Shown: piece by piece, positions 62,801-64,000 of the stretch
How positions within the stretch are numbered: the first letter of the stretch is position 1
How the letters are laid out: each line of letters opens with the position of its first letter
Source of the DNA: Octopus bimaculoides
Taxonomy: Eukaryota
Length of the DNA stretch: 64,000 nt
Assembly (NCBI RefSeq): GCF_001194135.2
Contig: NC_068983.1
Location: forward strand, 136,427,109-136,491,108
Reading direction: 5' to 3'
Program-made: the position numbers and the translations under genes
Notes under the pieces: model-generated
Databases searched by the model: none
Seen by the model: only the letters and a program-made list of their open reading frames with translations
What the model was told of the DNA's origin: nothing

Positions 62801-63131
62801 AATAGATTTGATGTAAAAGCTGTACTATTTAAAAAGCCGAGTTTGGTGTGTCATATTTCCAAAGTCCACTTGAATTCAACTACATTGTTCATCCTTTCTA
62901 GGTTGATAAAATAAGTGATATACAAGAATGAGTTCAGTTCCTTGTAAATTCTTCACAAAACTCATCCAGAAAGTGCCAGACAAAATACCTTTTACTCTAT
63001 AATTTCACCTGTTTTCAAAATTAACTTTGTTTTGTCATGCCTGATATAACATGATTGCTAGGAAAGTACTGGTTAATTCTTTTCAAAGTTTGATCTTGAA
63101 CTAAATTTAAAATTGCTACAATGAGAAATTA

Positions 63132-63570
63132 TTCATCATCGTCGTTTAATGTCCGCCTAGCATGGGTTGGACAAGTTGACTGAGGACTGGCGAACCAGAT
63201 GGCTGCACCAGGCTACAATCTGATCTGGCAGAGTTTCTAAAGTTGGATGCCCTTCCTAACGCCAACCACTCTGAGAGTGTAGTGGATGCTTTTATGTGCC
63301 ACCAGCACGAATGCCGGTCAGGCAGTACTGGCAATGGCCATGCTCAAAACGGTGCTTTTTACGTGCCACCTGCACAAGAGTCAGTCCAGCGGCACTGGCA
63401 ACGACCTCGCTCGAATGTTTTTTCACGTGCCACCAGCACAAGTGCCAGTAAGGCGACACTGTTAACGATCATGCTCAAATGGTGCTATTTACATGCCACT
63501 GGCACGGAACACAGACAACTGTTCTGGCAATGATCACGCTTGGTCGTGCCATTACGATTTCAATTTCATC
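63132..63570 (-). mobile_element. RTE 3' UTR fragment with tail
   Basis: Same terminal motif and UTR repeats as 19696-20200 and 40422-40880. Confidence 0.88.
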
Positions 63571-63599
63571 ATTATTATTATTTTATAGGTGATGAAGGC

Positions 63600-63790
63600 A
63601 ACACTCTGGCAGAATCATTAGAGCATTGGAAAATGCCTTGTGGTATTTCCTCAAAGTTTTTATATTCTGAGTTCAAATTGTGCCAGGGCTTTGATCTTTC
63701 TGGGGATCAATAAAATAAAGCACTAGTCTAGTACTGGAGTTTATGGTATTGACTAAACCTCTCCTCTCAAAGTTGCCTTGTGCAAATTTT
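63600..63790 (+). mobile_element. Degraded tRNA-derived SINE
   Basis: CTGGCAGAATCATTAG...TTCTGAGTTCAAATT...GGGGATCAATAAAATAAAG. Same family as 935-1075. Confidence 0.6.
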
Positions 63791-64000
63791 AGGGCTGGGT
63801 GTTTTAGGTCTTACTCACCTGTAAAATAATTGTTTTATAGGTGATGAAGAAAGGCAACCATGTATTACAGAATCTTTTTCAATAGATAATCATTTTGAGT
63901 TTGGAATCTTCCAGAGTTGATGTTGCATTTTTTTTTTCTTGTCATTGATAAAAGAAATTTTGGGTATTAATTCCATTGATTCTATACCCTGTGCCTCACA

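Overview
AT-rich, microsatellite- and TE-dense eukaryotic genomic DNA with scaffold gaps. It is most likely from an octopus (coleoid cephalopod); this is inferred from the SINE and RTE families, not proven. The only host coding sequence I can support is one + strand exon (16403-16805) of the L-type voltage-gated calcium channel alpha-1 subunit (Cav1). It carries an NSCaTE-like motif and a downstream Met, and it ends in a U12-type AT-AC 5' splice site (ATATCCTTT). I could not find the next exon (PFE..LTIFANC) by eye, so this minor-class intron appears to exceed 47 kb. The intron holds many RTE LINE fragments, tRNA-derived SINEs, a mariner relic with an anomalous core, two Helitron-like copies, foldback palindromes and an old Gypsy pol relic. 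A young, internally deleted Gypsy element is inserted into that relic. Its most unusual feature is a polarised tandem array of four primer-binding-site units. Two of them are 32-nt, CCA-bearing copies of the 3' half of tRNA-Trp, alternating with copies of the LTR U5 end. All comparisons were made by eye; no database searches were run.
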